From positions 1,728,001 to 1,792,000 of the forward strand of contig OY820905.2 in assembly GCA_963555755.3 (NCBI GenBank): a stretch of 64,000 nucleotides of DNA. The letters are read 5' to 3'. Source of the stretch: Nitrospirales bacterium. GTDB lineage: Bacteria > Nitrospirota > Nitrospiria > Nitrospirales > UBA8639. The notes below the pieces were generated by a model. It was not told the DNA's origin. It did no database searches and saw nothing but the letters and a program-made list of their open reading frames with translations. Of this stretch, positions 28,679-39,623 are shown in pieces (within the stretch, counting starts at the first letter, position 1; each line of letters opens with the position of its first letter). Both the position numbers and the translations under genes were made by a program.

Positions 28679-29407
28679 TTACAGTTTAAATCGCTTACCC
28701 AAATATATTGCTCTGGCTTGAGGACTACTGACGACCACTTCCGGCTTCCCCTCTTCCAAGATCGACCCTTCGTTAATTATATAGGCTCGATCCGTTATGG
28801 AAAGGGTTTCTTGCACATTATGGTCGGTAATTAAAATACCAATGTTGTTCTTTTTCAATGACTGAATAATTTCCTGAATGTCGGCCACGGCAATCGGGTC
28901 AATCCCCGCAAATGGTTCATCCAATAGTAAAAAACTCGGGTTGGTCGCCAGAGCCCTGGTGATCTCCAATCTTCGCCGTTCTCCACCAGATAGGGTGAAG
29001 GCTTGGCTCTTCCGAAGATTGGTCAGCCCAAGTTCATTCAACAATTCATCTACCCGAGTATGACGTTCCCTTTTAGAAAGGGAAAGCGTCTCTAATACGG
29101 CCAGGATGTTCTCTTCGACCGACAGGCGCCGAAACACGGAGGCTTCTTGAGGTAGATAGCCGATTCCTCGGCGAGCCCGTTGATACATGGGCAGATGCGT
29201 AATGGATTCACGATTGAGGAGAATCTGCCCCTGATCGGGTTGACATAATCCCACCACCATATCGAAAATCGTGGTTTTCCCCGCGCCATTGGGCCCAAGG
29301 AGCCCAACAATCTCCCCCGCCTCTACATCGATAGACACGCCACAAACGACTTCTCGCCCCTTAAAACTCTTTCTCAGTTGCTTCGCATATATACGGTTCT
29401 GCTGCAT
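28679..29407 (-). CDS. lptB: LPS export ABC ATPase
   Basis: [41 protein letters not shown]. Confidence 0.95.
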   Translation of the reverse strand: MQQNRIYAKQLRKSFKGREVVCGVSIDVEAGEIVGLLGPNGAGKTTIFDMVVGLCQPDQGQILLNRESITHLPMYQRARRGIGYLPQEASVFRRLSVEENILAVLETLSLSKRERHTRVDELLNELGLTNLRKSQAFTLSGGERRRLEITRALATNPSFLLLDEPFAGIDPIAVADIQEIIQSLKKNNIGILITDHNVQETLSITDRAYIINEGSILEEGKPEVVVSSPQARAIYLGKRFKL

Positions 29408-29458
29408 GAGGTCCCAAAAAGCACGCACTTCCTATCTTTATTAGACTTGGGGAAAGCC

Positions 29459-29998
29459 CTATTCTTCACCCTCCGGGTCTTCCTGAAGAATCACATGAGC
29501 CCCCCCCTCCACAACACTACGCTCTTCTTTTAAGTAAAACGTCATCCGCGACCCTGTGATACGCGTTCCCTTCTGCCACGCCACAGGGGATTCCGTGAGC
29601 ACGACCTTCTCTTCATCTTTGTAATACACGGCTCGACCACTCGTAGCCCTTACTTCGGCCTTTTCAATGATGACTCTTCCTTGAGCTTCAACGACATCTA
29701 CTTGTTGCCCGAACGAGTCATCTGAAGATTTCTCGGTTTTCCTAGGTTGGTCTTTTTTAAAGTATACCGTCATGCGATCGGCCCGGATCACCATATCGTC
29801 ACGCGTTAACACAACGGACTTCTCAAAGATGGCCTTTTGAGATTTCCCTTGCACGATCATGGTCCCAGACGTGATGGTCGTCGGATTTCGGGAAGCCGCC
29901 AGAGCCGATCTGGCATAAAGCCCTCCCGCAAGGACGCTAACCACCAAGACCAACTCAAGCCAGATGATGTGCTTAGGAGGACGATTGAACACGGACAT
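29459..29998 (-). CDS. lptA: LptA/OstA-family LPS transport protein
   Basis: Signal-like N-terminus, beta-jellyroll pattern, between lptC and lptB. Confidence 0.85.
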   Translation of the reverse strand: MSVFNRPPKHIIWLELVLVVSVLAGGLYARSALAASRNPTTITSGTMIVQGKSQKAIFEKSVVLTRDDMVIRADRMTVYFKKDQPRKTEKSSDDSFGQQVDVVEAQGRVIIEKAEVRATSGRAVYYKDEEKVVLTESPVAWQKGTRITGSRMTFYLKEERSVVEGGAHVILQEDPEGEE

Positions 29999-30539
29999 GA
30001 TCCAGCACTGAAAATTCCTCGGATTCAAGGTGCCCGACTAACCCAATGCCGGTAATGGTGAGACCATTACCCTGAATAGTGACCGGATGAGGTGTTCGAA
30101 TTTCTTGGTTCGCGTCAACCCAATGGATATGAGGCGTGAGAATGGTGTACCCATTCGCAAATTCAATGGCAATGAGTTCTTTTTGATTGCGTAATTCAAA
30201 ATCATTCGTCGTGGTATTAATCATTCCCTCATCAGCGTGCAGCACCATCTCCTCGCCATCATGTCCAAAAAATCGCAATTGGACATCCTGTAGAGTGACC
30301 TCATGCCGTGCTTCAAAGACTTCGGCCTTCTGTGCAGCGACCTCCCATTGCACCATGCCATCTTTTGTTTGACGATACACGAACCCTTCCATCCCGGCAT
30401 CGGCTTCTTCAAGAAGGGGAGAAACCACGGAGGAGGGTGGAGCATTCGTGCGCACTTGCCCAATGACGACGAATACCAAAAAAGCCGCGAGGCCAAGGAT
30501 GATTCCACCTAATGTCCATCTCATGAACCGGTTGAACAT
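29973..30539 (-). CDS. lptC: LPS export protein LptC
   Basis: Single N-terminal TM, WEVAA, ITGIGL motif; synteny. Confidence 0.85.
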   Translation of the reverse strand: MFNRFMRWTLGGIILGLAAFLVFVVIGQVRTNAPPSSVVSPLLEEADAGMEGFVYRQTKDGMVQWEVAAQKAEVFEARHEVTLQDVQLRFFGHDGEEMVLHADEGMINTTTNDFELRNQKELIAIEFANGYTILTPHIHWVDANQEIRTPHPVTIQGNGLTITGIGLVGHLESEEFSVLDHVRVQSSS

Positions 30540-30581
30540 TCTAGCCTCACCCCATTTATGATTTTGGTACGATGACAAAAA

Positions 30582-30610
30582 AGAATAGCATACGCCCCTG
30601 TCCAAGTAAA
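30582..30610 (-). promoter_or_regulatory. Candidate sigma70 promoter for lptCAB-rpoN-rapZ
   Basis: TTTACT-17 nt-TATTCT with TG extension. Confidence 0.4.
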
Positions 30611-31059
30611 CTACACTTTCTTGACAAGGCAACAGAATAATTCAACGATATCAAATAGTTAGAATAATATTCGAAGTGCTAGCAGGTAAGCAATTCTTTG
30701 CGGATCATGCAGAATTTAGGGTTCTGGCAGCACAATACGATCAGGTGCCAATAAAGTTATGGCACTCCTCGTGGGTTATGTCGCCTCTCCTTTTGAGCGA
30801 ATGGCGTCGTCTTGTATTGTTAGGTCGCTGCAGCATCTCATGCTGCCTCTTCCTGGCGTCATAGCCCCTTGGTCCGTGGGAAGAGGGCACGATACGATCG
30901 TGCAACTACACAAGAAAGAACGCTCACAGGAAGCAACGCCATGGCCAAGAAACTCCATGTGGCCAGAATTGGATGGCGGTAGGATAGAACCATATATTCT
31001 GTATGATCCTTCTTTGCGTGATACAAAGAACTGCAGGTCAAGAGGACATGAGGAAGGCC

Positions 31060-31479
31060 TTACTTTTTCTCGGTATCGGTATCAGGTGTCCCTTCAGAGT
31101 CTTGTTCAGGTTCCACCGATGCGTCACGCGCAATCAGTTCCAATGCCACAAGTTCAGCCCCATCGCCAGGACGGCGCCTGGTCGGAATGATCCGGGTATA
31201 CCCTCCGGAACGACCACGAAATCGCCCCGCGACATCATCAAATAGTTTTGACACAATGTCTTTCTTTTGAATAAAACTCAGAGCCTGCCGTCTGGCATGC
31301 AGACTGCCGTTCTTGCCCAAGGTAATCATTTTCTCGGCCAGCCCTCGGATCTCTTTGGCTTTGGCCTCAGTCGTTTCAATCCGCTCGTGTTCCAACAAGG
31401 ATGTGACAAGGTTCCGGAACAGGGCATGACGATGTTTTGAATTTCGACCAAGCTGTCTGCCTTTTTTTCGGTGCCGCAC
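31060..31479 (-). CDS. rplQ: 50S ribosomal protein L17
   Basis: MRHRKKGRQLGR, GGYTRI. Confidence 0.97.
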   Translation of the reverse strand: MRHRKKGRQLGRNSKHRHALFRNLVTSLLEHERIETTEAKAKEIRGLAEKMITLGKNGSLHARRQALSFIQKKDIVSKLFDDVAGRFRGRSGGYTRIIPTRRRPGDGAELVALELIARDASVEPEQDSEGTPDTDTEKK

Positions 31480-31508
31480 GGAGTGACTCTCTTTCTACAG
31501 GCGTTGGC

Positions 31509-32498
31509 TTATTTCGAGTTCGTAAGGTTGACGGGTTCACTCTTGATCCCCAACCCTAATCCCATTTCCGCCAAGACGTCTTTAATTTCATTTAAAGATT
31601 TTTTCCCAAAATTTTTGGTTTTCAACATTTCCATTTCTGTGCGATACACCAAATCTCCAATGGTCTTGATATTGGCATTTTTCAAGCAATTCGCAGCTCG
31701 AACGGAAAGCTCTAATTCATTGACGCTTCGTGCCAAATTGTTATGTAATTCAGCCTGCGCCTCGGATTGCGAGGAATCGGGTTCGACTTCTCGCATCTCT
31801 TCGCTCGGAATACAAATGGCCAAGTGCTCACGCAGAATCCCCGCAGCAGAGGAGATGGCCTCTTGGGGGGTCAGACTTCCATCAGTCCAAATTTCAAGAT
31901 TCAACCGATCGTAATCCGTCATCCTCCCCACCCGTGCATTTTCCACATTGAAATTGACACGCTTGATCGGGGAAAAAATCGAATCCACCGGAACGACTCC
32001 AATGGGAAGTCCTTCTTCTTTGTTGCGTTCTGCCGGCACATAGCCTTTTCCTGGTTTGACAATCATCTCGATATCGATATTGCCATCCTTATCGAGTGTG
32101 GCAATTTTTAGGTCGGGATTGAGAACCGTGATATCCGCGTCATGTTCAATATCAGAGGCCTTCGCATCACCCGATCCCTTTTTCTTTAACCGTATGGCCT
32201 TGGCCTTATCGGTATGCAATTTCAGTCGAAGATTCTTGATATTGAGAATGATGATCGTCACGTCTTCCGTCACACCTGGAAGCGTAGAAAACTCATGATA
32301 GGCGCCTTCAATCTTCACTGATGTCACGGCGGCACCAGGGAGTGAAGACAATAATACCCGCCGCAGGGAATTCCCAATGGTCGTCCCAAACCCTCGTTCA
32401 AAAGGCTCAGCAGTGAACTTCCCATAGGTGGTAGAGGCCGTGTCTTTTTCTAACTCCAGCCGCATCGGCAGCTGAAAATCCTTCATCCCTTTGCTCAT
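31509..32498 (-). CDS. rpoA: RNA polymerase alpha subunit
   Basis: [31 protein letters not shown]. Confidence 0.98.
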   Translation of the reverse strand: MSKGMKDFQLPMRLELEKDTASTTYGKFTAEPFERGFGTTIGNSLRRVLLSSLPGAAVTSVKIEGAYHEFSTLPGVTEDVTIIILNIKNLRLKLHTDKAKAIRLKKKGSGDAKASDIEHDADITVLNPDLKIATLDKDGNIDIEMIVKPGKGYVPAERNKEEGLPIGVVPVDSIFSPIKRVNFNVENARVGRMTDYDRLNLEIWTDGSLTPQEAISSAAGILREHLAICIPSEEMREVEPDSSQSEAQAELHNNLARSVNELELSVRAANCLKNANIKTIGDLVYRTEMEMLKTKNFGKKSLNEIKDVLAEMGLGLGIKSEPVNLTNSK

Positions 32499-32576
32499 TA
32501 CGTCCCCCTTCGCCTCATCTGTCTATGTCGAAAACATTCATGAACCTGCTTATGCTTGAAAAAATGGTTCTGTTTT

Positions 32577-32700
32577 TGGAATGTTCAAAAAGGTGCGTCC
32601 AGCAAGGCCGCAGGCCATTTGGCGCGCGGAGCGTACACGGCAGTACGTGAGCACGACAAAGGGCCGAGAACGCAGCTGGTGCCCTTTTTCAACATTCCCA
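32577..32700 (+). mobile_element. MITE family D copy 3, inside alpha operon
   Basis: GGAATGTTCAAAAAGG / CCTTTTTCAACATTCC; core as D1/D2; abuts the rpsD stop. Confidence 0.82.
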
Positions 32701-33327
32701 TTATCGAGAATACAACTCAACAATCACCTGTTCATTCACGGGTGCGCCAATATCATCCTTCACTGGCAAGGCATTGATGGACCCACGAAATGCCTCGCGG
32801 TCAACATCAATCCAACCAGGAGCCCCTCGTCCTTCCGCTACTTCCAACGCACTGGTTATAGCCAACAGTTCATGACTCTTCGGTTTCACAGTGATCACAT
32901 CACCCACGGAAGTTGTGATGGATGCAATGTCGGCTTTTTTCCCATTGAGTTGGATATGCCCATGATTCACTAATTGGCGAGCCTGTTTTCGAGATAGGGC
33001 AAACCCGATACGATAGACCACATTATCCAAACGTTGCTCCAATAAACGCAGCAAGTTTTCCCCGGTCACCCCACTTTGGCGTTCGGCCCGTTTAAACGTC
33101 AATCGAAACTGGCGTTCTAGCACACCATACATGCGCCGTAATTTTTGCTTTTCACGAAGCTGCGCACTATAGTCTGTCGCTCGTGATCGGCCTTGTCCGT
33201 GTTGCCCCGGTGGATAACTCCGTCGCTCAATCGCGCATTTGTCCGTCATACACCGTGTTCCTTTGAGAAAGAGTTTCACCCCCTCTCGCCGACAAATCCT
33301 ACACACCGGTCCAGTATAGTTCGCCAC
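32701..33327 (-). CDS. rpsD: 30S ribosomal protein S4 (Cys/Zn-type)
   Basis: CRICRRE, PPGQHG, RLDNVVYR. Confidence 0.98.
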   Translation of the reverse strand: MANYTGPVCRICRREGVKLFLKGTRCMTDKCAIERRSYPPGQHGQGRSRATDYSAQLREKQKLRRMYGVLERQFRLTFKRAERQSGVTGENLLRLLEQRLDNVVYRIGFALSRKQARQLVNHGHIQLNGKKADIASITTSVGDVITVKPKSHELLAITSALEVAEGRGAPGWIDVDREAFRGSINALPVKDDIGAPVNEQVIVELYSR

Positions 33328-33404
33328 GTCGCGTTCCTTTCACCAAAACCCAGGCTATCCTTATGCCATCAATAGTAAAGCGGCCTCATCCAGGCAGGCC
33401 ATGA

Positions 33405-33788
33405 TTACACTCGTCGTCGTTTAGGAGGACGACACCCGTTATGTGGAATGGGCGTCACATCACGAATGAGATTGACTCGCAATCCCACCGATTGTAGCGC
33501 ACGAACGGCCGACTCTCGTCCTGACCCAGGCCCATTGACGTAAACATCAATTTTTCGCATCCCATGTTCCATGGCTTTTCGTCCGGCTGCTTCTCCCGCG
33601 CGAGTCGCGGCAAACGGCGTACTCTTTCGAGACCCTTTAAACCCCAAACTCCCAGAACTCGACCAGGAGACGGTATTGCCGCTCATGTCTGTAATCGTCA
33701 CCAAGGTGTTATTAAAGGAGGCTTGAACATGCGCAATCCCCATTTGGACGATTTTCTTCTCTTTTTTTCGACCCTTTTTCACACTCAT
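33405..33788 (-). CDS. rpsK: 30S ribosomal protein S11
   Basis: [19 protein letters not shown]. Confidence 0.98.
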   Translation of the reverse strand: MSVKKGRKKEKKIVQMGIAHVQASFNNTLVTITDMSGNTVSWSSSGSLGFKGSRKSTPFAATRAGEAAGRKAMEHGMRKIDVYVNGPGSGRESAVRALQSVGLRVNLIRDVTPIPHNGCRPPKRRRV

Positions 33789-33802
33789 GCAATCACCTTT
33801 AC

Positions 33803-34171
33803 TTATTTCTTGGCACGACCAATAGAGGCTCGTTTTCCTTTTCGGGTTCGAGCATTTGTTTTCGTTCGTTGTCCACGAAGGGGAAGCCCTTTTCGATGAC
33901 GAAGACCACGGTAGGTACCCGTATCAATAAGCCGTTTGATGCTCATCGTGATTTCTCTTCGCAAATCCCCTTCCACGTTGCAATCGCGGTCAATAACTTC
34001 ACGAAGTTTCAAGATATCTTCTTCAACGAGATCTTTGACTCGAACGGCCCCATCAATACCCGTCTTTCGTAAAATACTGCGCGCGGTCCATGGACCGATT
34101 CCGTAGATATAGGTCAATCCAATGTCAAGGCGCTTCCCCACGGGAAGATCCACTCCTGCAATACGAGCCAT
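33803..34171 (-). CDS. rpsM: 30S ribosomal protein S13
   Basis: [24 protein letters not shown]. Confidence 0.98.
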   Translation of the reverse strand: MARIAGVDLPVGKRLDIGLTYIYGIGPWTARSILRKTGIDGAVRVKDLVEEDILKLREVIDRDCNVEGDLRREITMSIKRLIDTGTYRGLRHRKGLPLRGQRTKTNARTRKGKRASIGRAKK

Positions 34172-34249
34172 GCGTCCTCCTTGCGTTCATCCACCCTCTG
34201 CTCAGGCAGGTTACTGCCTCAGTCTCAAGTGGGTGAACCGTATTATTTC

Positions 34250-34363
34250 CTACCCCTGACGTTGTTTGTGCCTCGGATTAGTGCAACGCACCCGAACCAC
34301 GCCACGCCGTCGGTAGACCGTACATTTTGAACAAATGGGTTTCACTGACGATTTGACTTTCAT
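34250..34363 (-). CDS. rpmJ: 50S ribosomal protein L36 (not in ORF track)
   Basis: Hand translation [37 protein letters not shown]. Confidence 0.97.
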   Translation of the reverse strand: MKVKSSVKPICSKCTVYRRRGVVRVRCTNPRHKQRQG

Positions 34364-34378
34364 CTTCCATCCTCTATG

Positions 34379-34597
34379 CTATTTAAAGCGATAGGTGATA
34401 CGGCCTCTCGTCAAGTCATAGGGCGACAATTCGACCGTCACTTTATCACCAGGTAATATTCTGATGAAGTGCATTCTCATTTTTCCTGATATATGTGCCA
34501 GGATCTTGTGCCCGCTCTCTAGCCGCACACGAAACATCGCATTGGGCAAGGTCTCCAACACGGAGCCCTGAACTTCAATGACATCTTCTTTTCCCAT
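34379..34597 (-). CDS. infA: Translation initiation factor IF-1
   Basis: [25 protein letters not shown]. Confidence 0.98.
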   Translation of the reverse strand: MGKEDVIEVQGSVLETLPNAMFRVRLESGHKILAHISGKMRMHFIRILPGDKVTVELSPYDLTRGRITYRFK

Positions 34598-34642
34598 AAT
34601 CACGTCCAGACTTTTCGTAGAAAGTCCCTTATTCCCAATATA

Positions 34643-35392
34643 CTACAACACCGTTAAAATTCTCGGAGGACCGCTCGGTTGAATCGCAATAGTATGTTCA
34701 AAGTGAGCAGAAAGACTCCCATCTTGTGTCACGGCCGTCCACTGATCATCTAACACCCGGATATGATATCCACCGAGATTCACCATTGGTTCAATGGCCA
34801 AGACCATTCCAACTTGCAACCGAGGCCCTTGCCCAGGCCGCCCATAATTCGGTACTTGCGGCTCTTCGTGCAATTGACGCCCAATTCCATGTCCCACAAA
34901 ATCGCGAACAACCGAAAACCCATGGGCCTCAACGTGGCATTGGACGGCATGCGAAATATCTGACAGCCGATTCCCCACTACGCCCTTTTCAAGCCCCTTC
35001 ATCATGGCCTCTTCGGTCACTCGCATGAGGGTGGCGACTTGATCGGGAACGGGACCAACGGGGACCGTCACAGCTCCGTCACCATAAAATCCCTGAACAA
35101 TTGCGCCTAAGTCCAGCCCGATGATATCCCCTTCTTTCAACACGCGATTTGACGGAATTCCGTGGACGACCTCGTCATTGACCGCCACACATAAGGTCTT
35201 GGGATAGTTTCGATAACCTTTAAATGCCGGAATCCCGCCATGGGCTCGGATAAATTCCTCGGCGATTTTATCAAGAAACGAGGTCGTAATGCCAGGCTTG
35301 ACCTCTTTTTTCAACACATGATGGGCCTCCGCAACAATTTTGGCAGCCTGGGCCATCATTTCGATCTCGTCCGGTGTTTTCAGAACAATCAT
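34643..35392 (-). CDS. map: Methionine aminopeptidase type I
   Basis: VVHGIP, GHGIG, AIEPM, SAHFEHT. Confidence 0.97.
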   Translation of the reverse strand: MIVLKTPDEIEMMAQAAKIVAEAHHVLKKEVKPGITTSFLDKIAEEFIRAHGGIPAFKGYRNYPKTLCVAVNDEVVHGIPSNRVLKEGDIIGLDLGAIVQGFYGDGAVTVPVGPVPDQVATLMRVTEEAMMKGLEKGVVGNRLSDISHAVQCHVEAHGFSVVRDFVGHGIGRQLHEEPQVPNYGRPGQGPRLQVGMVLAIEPMVNLGGYHIRVLDDQWTAVTQDGSLSAHFEHTIAIQPSGPPRILTVL

Positions 35393-35394
35393 GC

Positions 35395-35552
35395 GTAACG
35401 ACTCAGGTCACTTCCCTTTTGGCTCATGACAGCGTTGCTGTGGTGCTCGAATCCTCATCCTTCGAGGACCTCAGGACAGGCTCAAAATGGATCGGTTCTG
35501 CGCTCCTCGCGCCTTGTCCTGAGCCAAAATTGAAGCAAACTTAAGTAGTGAC
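35395..35552 (-). mobile_element. MITE family E copy 1 between adk and map
   Basis: GTAACGACTCAGGTCACTTC...GAAGCAAACTTAAGTAGTGAC; matches copies at 40101 and 63252. Confidence 0.85.
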
Positions 35553-35560
35553 ATCAAGGC

Positions 35561-36208
35561 TCAAGAAGGTGATAACAATGCAAGTAATCGCTCGTGCACA
35601 TCATCCACTGACCCTGAGCCATTCAGTTCCGCCAACACATTATTTTTACGATAATAGTCAATCAAGGGAGATGTTTGTTCTTCATACACAGTCAGTCTGG
35701 ACTCCACGGTTTCTTTTCGATCATCACTACGTTGAACAAGCTCACCCCCACATTCATCGCAGACCCCATCCCGCTTGGGAGGAACAAACTCCACATGGTA
35801 GACTGCGGGACATTGTGAACAACTTCGCCGTCCACTGAGCCGATTGATCACTTCCTCCCGTGGAACCACAAAATGCACCACACGATCAAGCGACAATTCT
35901 TTCGTAGTTAACAACGTACCCAACGTATCGGCCTGCGGCACCGTTCGTGGAAACCCATCCAGGATAAACCCTTTGGCACATTCCGGGGTGCCAACTTTTT
36001 CTTCGACTAAGCCGATCACAACATTGTCCGGAACGAGGTCCCCTCGATCCATAAATTGCTTGGCTTCTTTTCCTAATGGAGTGTGTTGTGCCACTGCTGC
36101 CCGAAGCAGGTCTCCCGTTGAAATTTTTTGGATGCCATATTTCGCCGATACCATTTCAGCCTGCGTACCTTTTCCCACACCTGGAGCACCAAGAAACACG
36201 AACCGCAT
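35561..36208 (-). CDS. adk: Adenylate kinase (Zn-lid type)
   Basis: GAPGVGKGT, LDGFPRT, CSQC...CDEC lid. Confidence 0.98.
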   Translation of the reverse strand: MRFVFLGAPGVGKGTQAEMVSAKYGIQKISTGDLLRAAVAQHTPLGKEAKQFMDRGDLVPDNVVIGLVEEKVGTPECAKGFILDGFPRTVPQADTLGTLLTTKELSLDRVVHFVVPREEVINRLSGRRSCSQCPAVYHVEFVPPKRDGVCDECGGELVQRSDDRKETVESRLTVYEEQTSPLIDYYRKNNVLAELNGSGSVDDVHERLLALLSPS

Positions 36209-36214
36209 TGCCGG

Positions 36215-37528
36215 TTAACCACTCCTTCCCCTGAGCTTGCCTTTGGAGAGAAACCCTTCATAATTGCGCATCAACATATGTGATTCAATCTGTTGAGCCG
36301 TATCGAGTCCCACGCCAACGACGATAAGCAACGATGTCCCTCCAAAATAAAATGGAACATTCAACCGATAAATCAACAGCTCGGGAATAACACACACAAT
36401 GGCTAAATAAATGGCACCTGCGAAGGTAATCCGCGTCAACACCTTGTAGATATAATCCGCAGTCCGTTGCCCAGGACGAATTCCAGGGATAAAACCACCA
36501 TATTTCTTCATGTTGTCTGACATATCAACGGGATTCAGGACAACCGCTGTATAAAAAAAGCAAAAGAAAAGAATCATGCTGACATACATCAGCGTATAGA
36601 CTAACGAACCTGGAGCCAGATGGGCACCGATGGCCTGCACCCAAGGAACCTGAATAAATCCCGTAATCGTGGCAGGAAACGCAATGATCGACGACGCAAA
36701 AATTGGCGGGATCACTCCTGCCGTATTGATCTTTAAGGGAATATGAGTGTTCTGCCCCCCAAAAACACGTCGCCCCACGACTCGTTTGGCGTATTGAACA
36801 GGGACCTTACGCCGACCACTTTCCAAATAGACAATGGCCGTCACGACTCCACCCATAACCACGCCTAAAACAAGAAGTAAGAGAAGGCTGAGCTCTCCTA
36901 CCCGATACAGGTCGATGGTTTGAACGACGGCACTTGGCATCCGGGCGACGATTCCTGCAAAGATAATAAGCGAAATGCCATTCCCGACACCACGTTCAGT
37001 GATCTGCTCACCCAGCCACATTAAAAATGCGGTCCCACTGGTGAGGGTAATCACGGTCATGAAGCGAAAGGGCCAGCCGGGTTCAAGTACAAACTGTCCT
37101 TGATTCATCCCCTCCAGGCCAAGCGCAATTCCGAACCCCTGAACCAGCGCAATCCCGATGGTTCCATAGCGAGTGTATTGAATAATCGTTTTTCTTCCGC
37201 GCTCACCCTCCTTTGCCAGTTTGGATAAATGGGGAATGACAACGGTCAGTAACTGTATAATAATCGAGGCGCTGATGTACGGCATAATGCCCAGCGCGAA
37301 AATGGTAAGGCGCGATAAGGCCCCACCAGAAAAAATATCCAGGAACCCCAGAAGGGCTCCACCACGATCAAGGAGAAATTTCTGTAGCTCCTCGTTATTA
37401 ATTCCAGGTGTGGGGATATGCGCCCCAATCCGATACACAGCCAACATCGCCACCGTAAAGAGCACACGGCTGCGTAACTCTGGAATTTTGAGAATGTTTT
37501 GGAAGCTCGTAATGAGCCGTTCAAGCAC
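36215..37528 (-). CDS. secY: Preprotein translocase SecY
   Basis: [37 protein letters not shown]. Confidence 0.98.
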   Translation of the reverse strand: MLERLITSFQNILKIPELRSRVLFTVAMLAVYRIGAHIPTPGINNEELQKFLLDRGGALLGFLDIFSGGALSRLTIFALGIMPYISASIIIQLLTVVIPHLSKLAKEGERGRKTIIQYTRYGTIGIALVQGFGIALGLEGMNQGQFVLEPGWPFRFMTVITLTSGTAFLMWLGEQITERGVGNGISLIIFAGIVARMPSAVVQTIDLYRVGELSLLLLLVLGVVMGGVVTAIVYLESGRRKVPVQYAKRVVGRRVFGGQNTHIPLKINTAGVIPPIFASSIIAFPATITGFIQVPWVQAIGAHLAPGSLVYTLMYVSMILFFCFFYTAVVLNPVDMSDNMKKYGGFIPGIRPGQRTADYIYKVLTRITFAGAIYLAIVCVIPELLIYRLNVPFYFGGTSLLIVVGVGLDTAQQIESHMLMRNYEGFLSKGKLRGRSG

Positions 37529-37970
37529 GGCCTATGACCTTGGCTTGTCCGCCCGCTTGCTGGATCTTTTGAAGGGCCGACTGGCTAAATTTATGGGCTT
37601 CAACAACAAGGGGCTTGGTCAGTTCACCCACACCAAGGATCTTGATTGGTCTCGATCGTTTTTTCACGATTCCTTTGTCATATAACACTTGGAGCGTGAC
37701 TTCATTGACATCCGATAGGGCGGAGAGCACTTTGAGGTTCACAATACTGTACTCAACCCGAAATGGATTATGAAATCCTCGCTTAGGCACTCGGCGAGCC
37801 AAGGGCATTTGCCCACCTTCGAACCCAGCCATATTAGGATTCCCTGAACGAGCCAACAGCCCCTTATGACCTTTACCAGACGTTTTACCATGCCCTGACC
37901 CATGACCTCGACCCAACCGTTTTGGTTTTTTCTTGGACCCAGGGGCCGGTCTTAAATCATGTAACTTCAT
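37521..37970 (-). CDS. rplO: 50S ribosomal protein L15
   Basis: [19 protein letters not shown]. Confidence 0.97.
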   Translation of the reverse strand: MKLHDLRPAPGSKKKPKRLGRGHGSGHGKTSGKGHKGLLARSGNPNMAGFEGGQMPLARRVPKRGFHNPFRVEYSIVNLKVLSALSDVNEVTLQVLYDKGIVKKRSRPIKILGVGELTKPLVVEAHKFSQSALQKIQQAGGQAKVIGRA

Positions 37971-38173
37971 AATGATGTCACCTCGACCAAATGCTTCACT
38001 TTATCTATCAATCCAAGAACCTGAGGCGTTTGGGGATGTTCAACTGTCTGATGAAGACGTCGTAATCCAAGCCCAAGCAACAACACGCGTTGATTGGAAG
38101 GACGCCCTATAGGACTATTTTTTAGCGTAATAGAAACTCTGTTCATTGTAGTGCTTTGTTTGGATGGAGTCAT
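37967..38173 (-). CDS. rpmD: 50S ribosomal protein L30
   Basis: SPIG, LGLRRL, KVKHLV; synteny. Confidence 0.92.
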   Translation of the reverse strand: MTPSKQSTTMNRVSITLKNSPIGRPSNQRVLLLGLGLRRLHQTVEHPQTPQVLGLIDKVKHLVEVTSL

Positions 38174-38194
38174 GAAACAATATACTTAAGGATG

Positions 38195-38689
38195 TTAGGA
38201 AGAGACGGATGGCCCTGCTTGGCGCATCTTCTTCACCGCCTCTGGATCTTTCAATTTGGCAAGTCCTTCAAGCGTGGCCTGAACCACATTAAACGGGTTT
38301 CCCCTCCCTAATGTTTTCGCAACAATGTTATGAGCACCGAGCACTTCCAAAATGGCCCGAACCGCTCCACCCGCAATAATTCCGGTCCCTTCTTTGGCTG
38401 GTTTCATCAGAATATGTTCGCCGCAAAAAAACCCATGAACATCGTGGGGAATACTTCCGTTTTTCAAGGGAACTCGAATGAGCTGTTTTTTGGCTCGACC
38501 CACTGCTTTGGCAATGGCTGGAGGAACTTCAGCCGCCTTACCCTTTCCAATTCCAACCCACCCTTCACCATCTCCCACGACGACCAGTGCACTGAAAGAA
38601 AATCGTTTCCCGCCTTTCACCACCTTGGCCACGCGATTAATTGAAACCAGTTTATCTTTTAAGTTCAATTCTTCAGGATTGACACGCAC
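38195..38689 (-). CDS. rpsE: 30S ribosomal protein S5
   Basis: RVAKVVKGGKRF, GTGIIAGG. Confidence 0.98.
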   Translation of the reverse strand: MRVNPEELNLKDKLVSINRVAKVVKGGKRFSFSALVVVGDGEGWVGIGKGKAAEVPPAIAKAVGRAKKQLIRVPLKNGSIPHDVHGFFCGEHILMKPAKEGTGIIAGGAVRAILEVLGAHNIVAKTLGRGNPFNVVQATLEGLAKLKDPEAVKKMRQAGPSVSS

Positions 38690-38708
38690 GAATAATTATC
38701 CCCCTGGG

Positions 38709-39074
38709 CTAAAAGTTAAGCCCTCCTTCACGAGAAGCATCGGCTAATGCTTTAACTCGACCATGAAATAACCGTCCACCGCGATCAAATACCACGGCAG
38801 TAATATTGGCAGCTTTGGCTCGTTCCGCTAATTGTTTTCCAACAGCCTTGGCTGCTTCATTTGATCCACAGGTTGACACAGTATCCTTGATGGATTTTTC
38901 TCTTGAAGAAGCAGCGGCTAAGGTTCGGCCCTGAGTGTCATCGATAATCTGAGCATAAATATGCGCATTACTTCGAAAGACATTCAACCTGGGTCTGGAG
39001 ATTGACCCTGTAACTTTTTTTCGAACCCGTACTTTGCGACGAGAAAATCTTCGACGTTTTGTCACTTCATTCAT
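38709..39074 (-). CDS. rplR: 50S ribosomal protein L18
   Basis: [21 protein letters not shown]. Confidence 0.97.
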   Translation of the reverse strand: MNEVTKRRRFSRRKVRVRKKVTGSISRPRLNVFRSNAHIYAQIIDDTQGRTLAAASSREKSIKDTVSTCGSNEAAKAVGKQLAERAKAANITAVVFDRGGRLFHGRVKALADASREGGLNF

Positions 39075-39083
39075 AACAACCTA

Positions 39084-39623
39084 TTATTTCTTGCCGGCCT
39101 TCCCAGCCTTTTTAATCAACACCTCTCCACTGTATTTAATGCCCTTCTGTTTATAGACGTCCGGTGGTCGAACACTACGAATATTGGCTGCGACCTGAGT
39201 CACCAACCGCTTATCAATCCCCTTGATCAACACCACAGTCTGCTTGTCAACTGAAGCTTGAATGCCTTGAGGAAGGGAAACGGAGACGGGATGAGAGAAT
39301 CCCACATTGAGTGTTAAATCTTGACCTTGGAGCTGAGCACGATATCCAACACCAGTGAGCTCCAAGGTCCGCTCATACCCTTTGGTCACACCTTCGACAA
39401 GATTACTGACTTCCATCCGCGTCAATCCATGCAAAGCTTTGAGTCGTGGAGCATCGCCATTTCGCCCAACATGAATTTCACCATCTTTTACTTCAACACT
39501 GATACCATCGGCCAAGCCCCAGTGTAACTGACCCAGAGGACCTTTCACGGTAACCTGCCGTCCGGCAACTTGAACGTCTACGCCTGTAGCAAGCGGAACC
39601 GGTTTTTTTCCAATTCGTGACAT
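39084..39623 (-). CDS. rplF: 50S ribosomal protein L6
   Basis: MSRIGKKP, GVGYRA, YKQKGIKY. Confidence 0.97.
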   Translation of the reverse strand: MSRIGKKPVPLATGVDVQVAGRQVTVKGPLGQLHWGLADGISVEVKDGEIHVGRNGDAPRLKALHGLTRMEVSNLVEGVTKGYERTLELTGVGYRAQLQGQDLTLNVGFSHPVSVSLPQGIQASVDKQTVVLIKGIDKRLVTQVAANIRSVRPPDVYKQKGIKYSGEVLIKKAGKAGKK

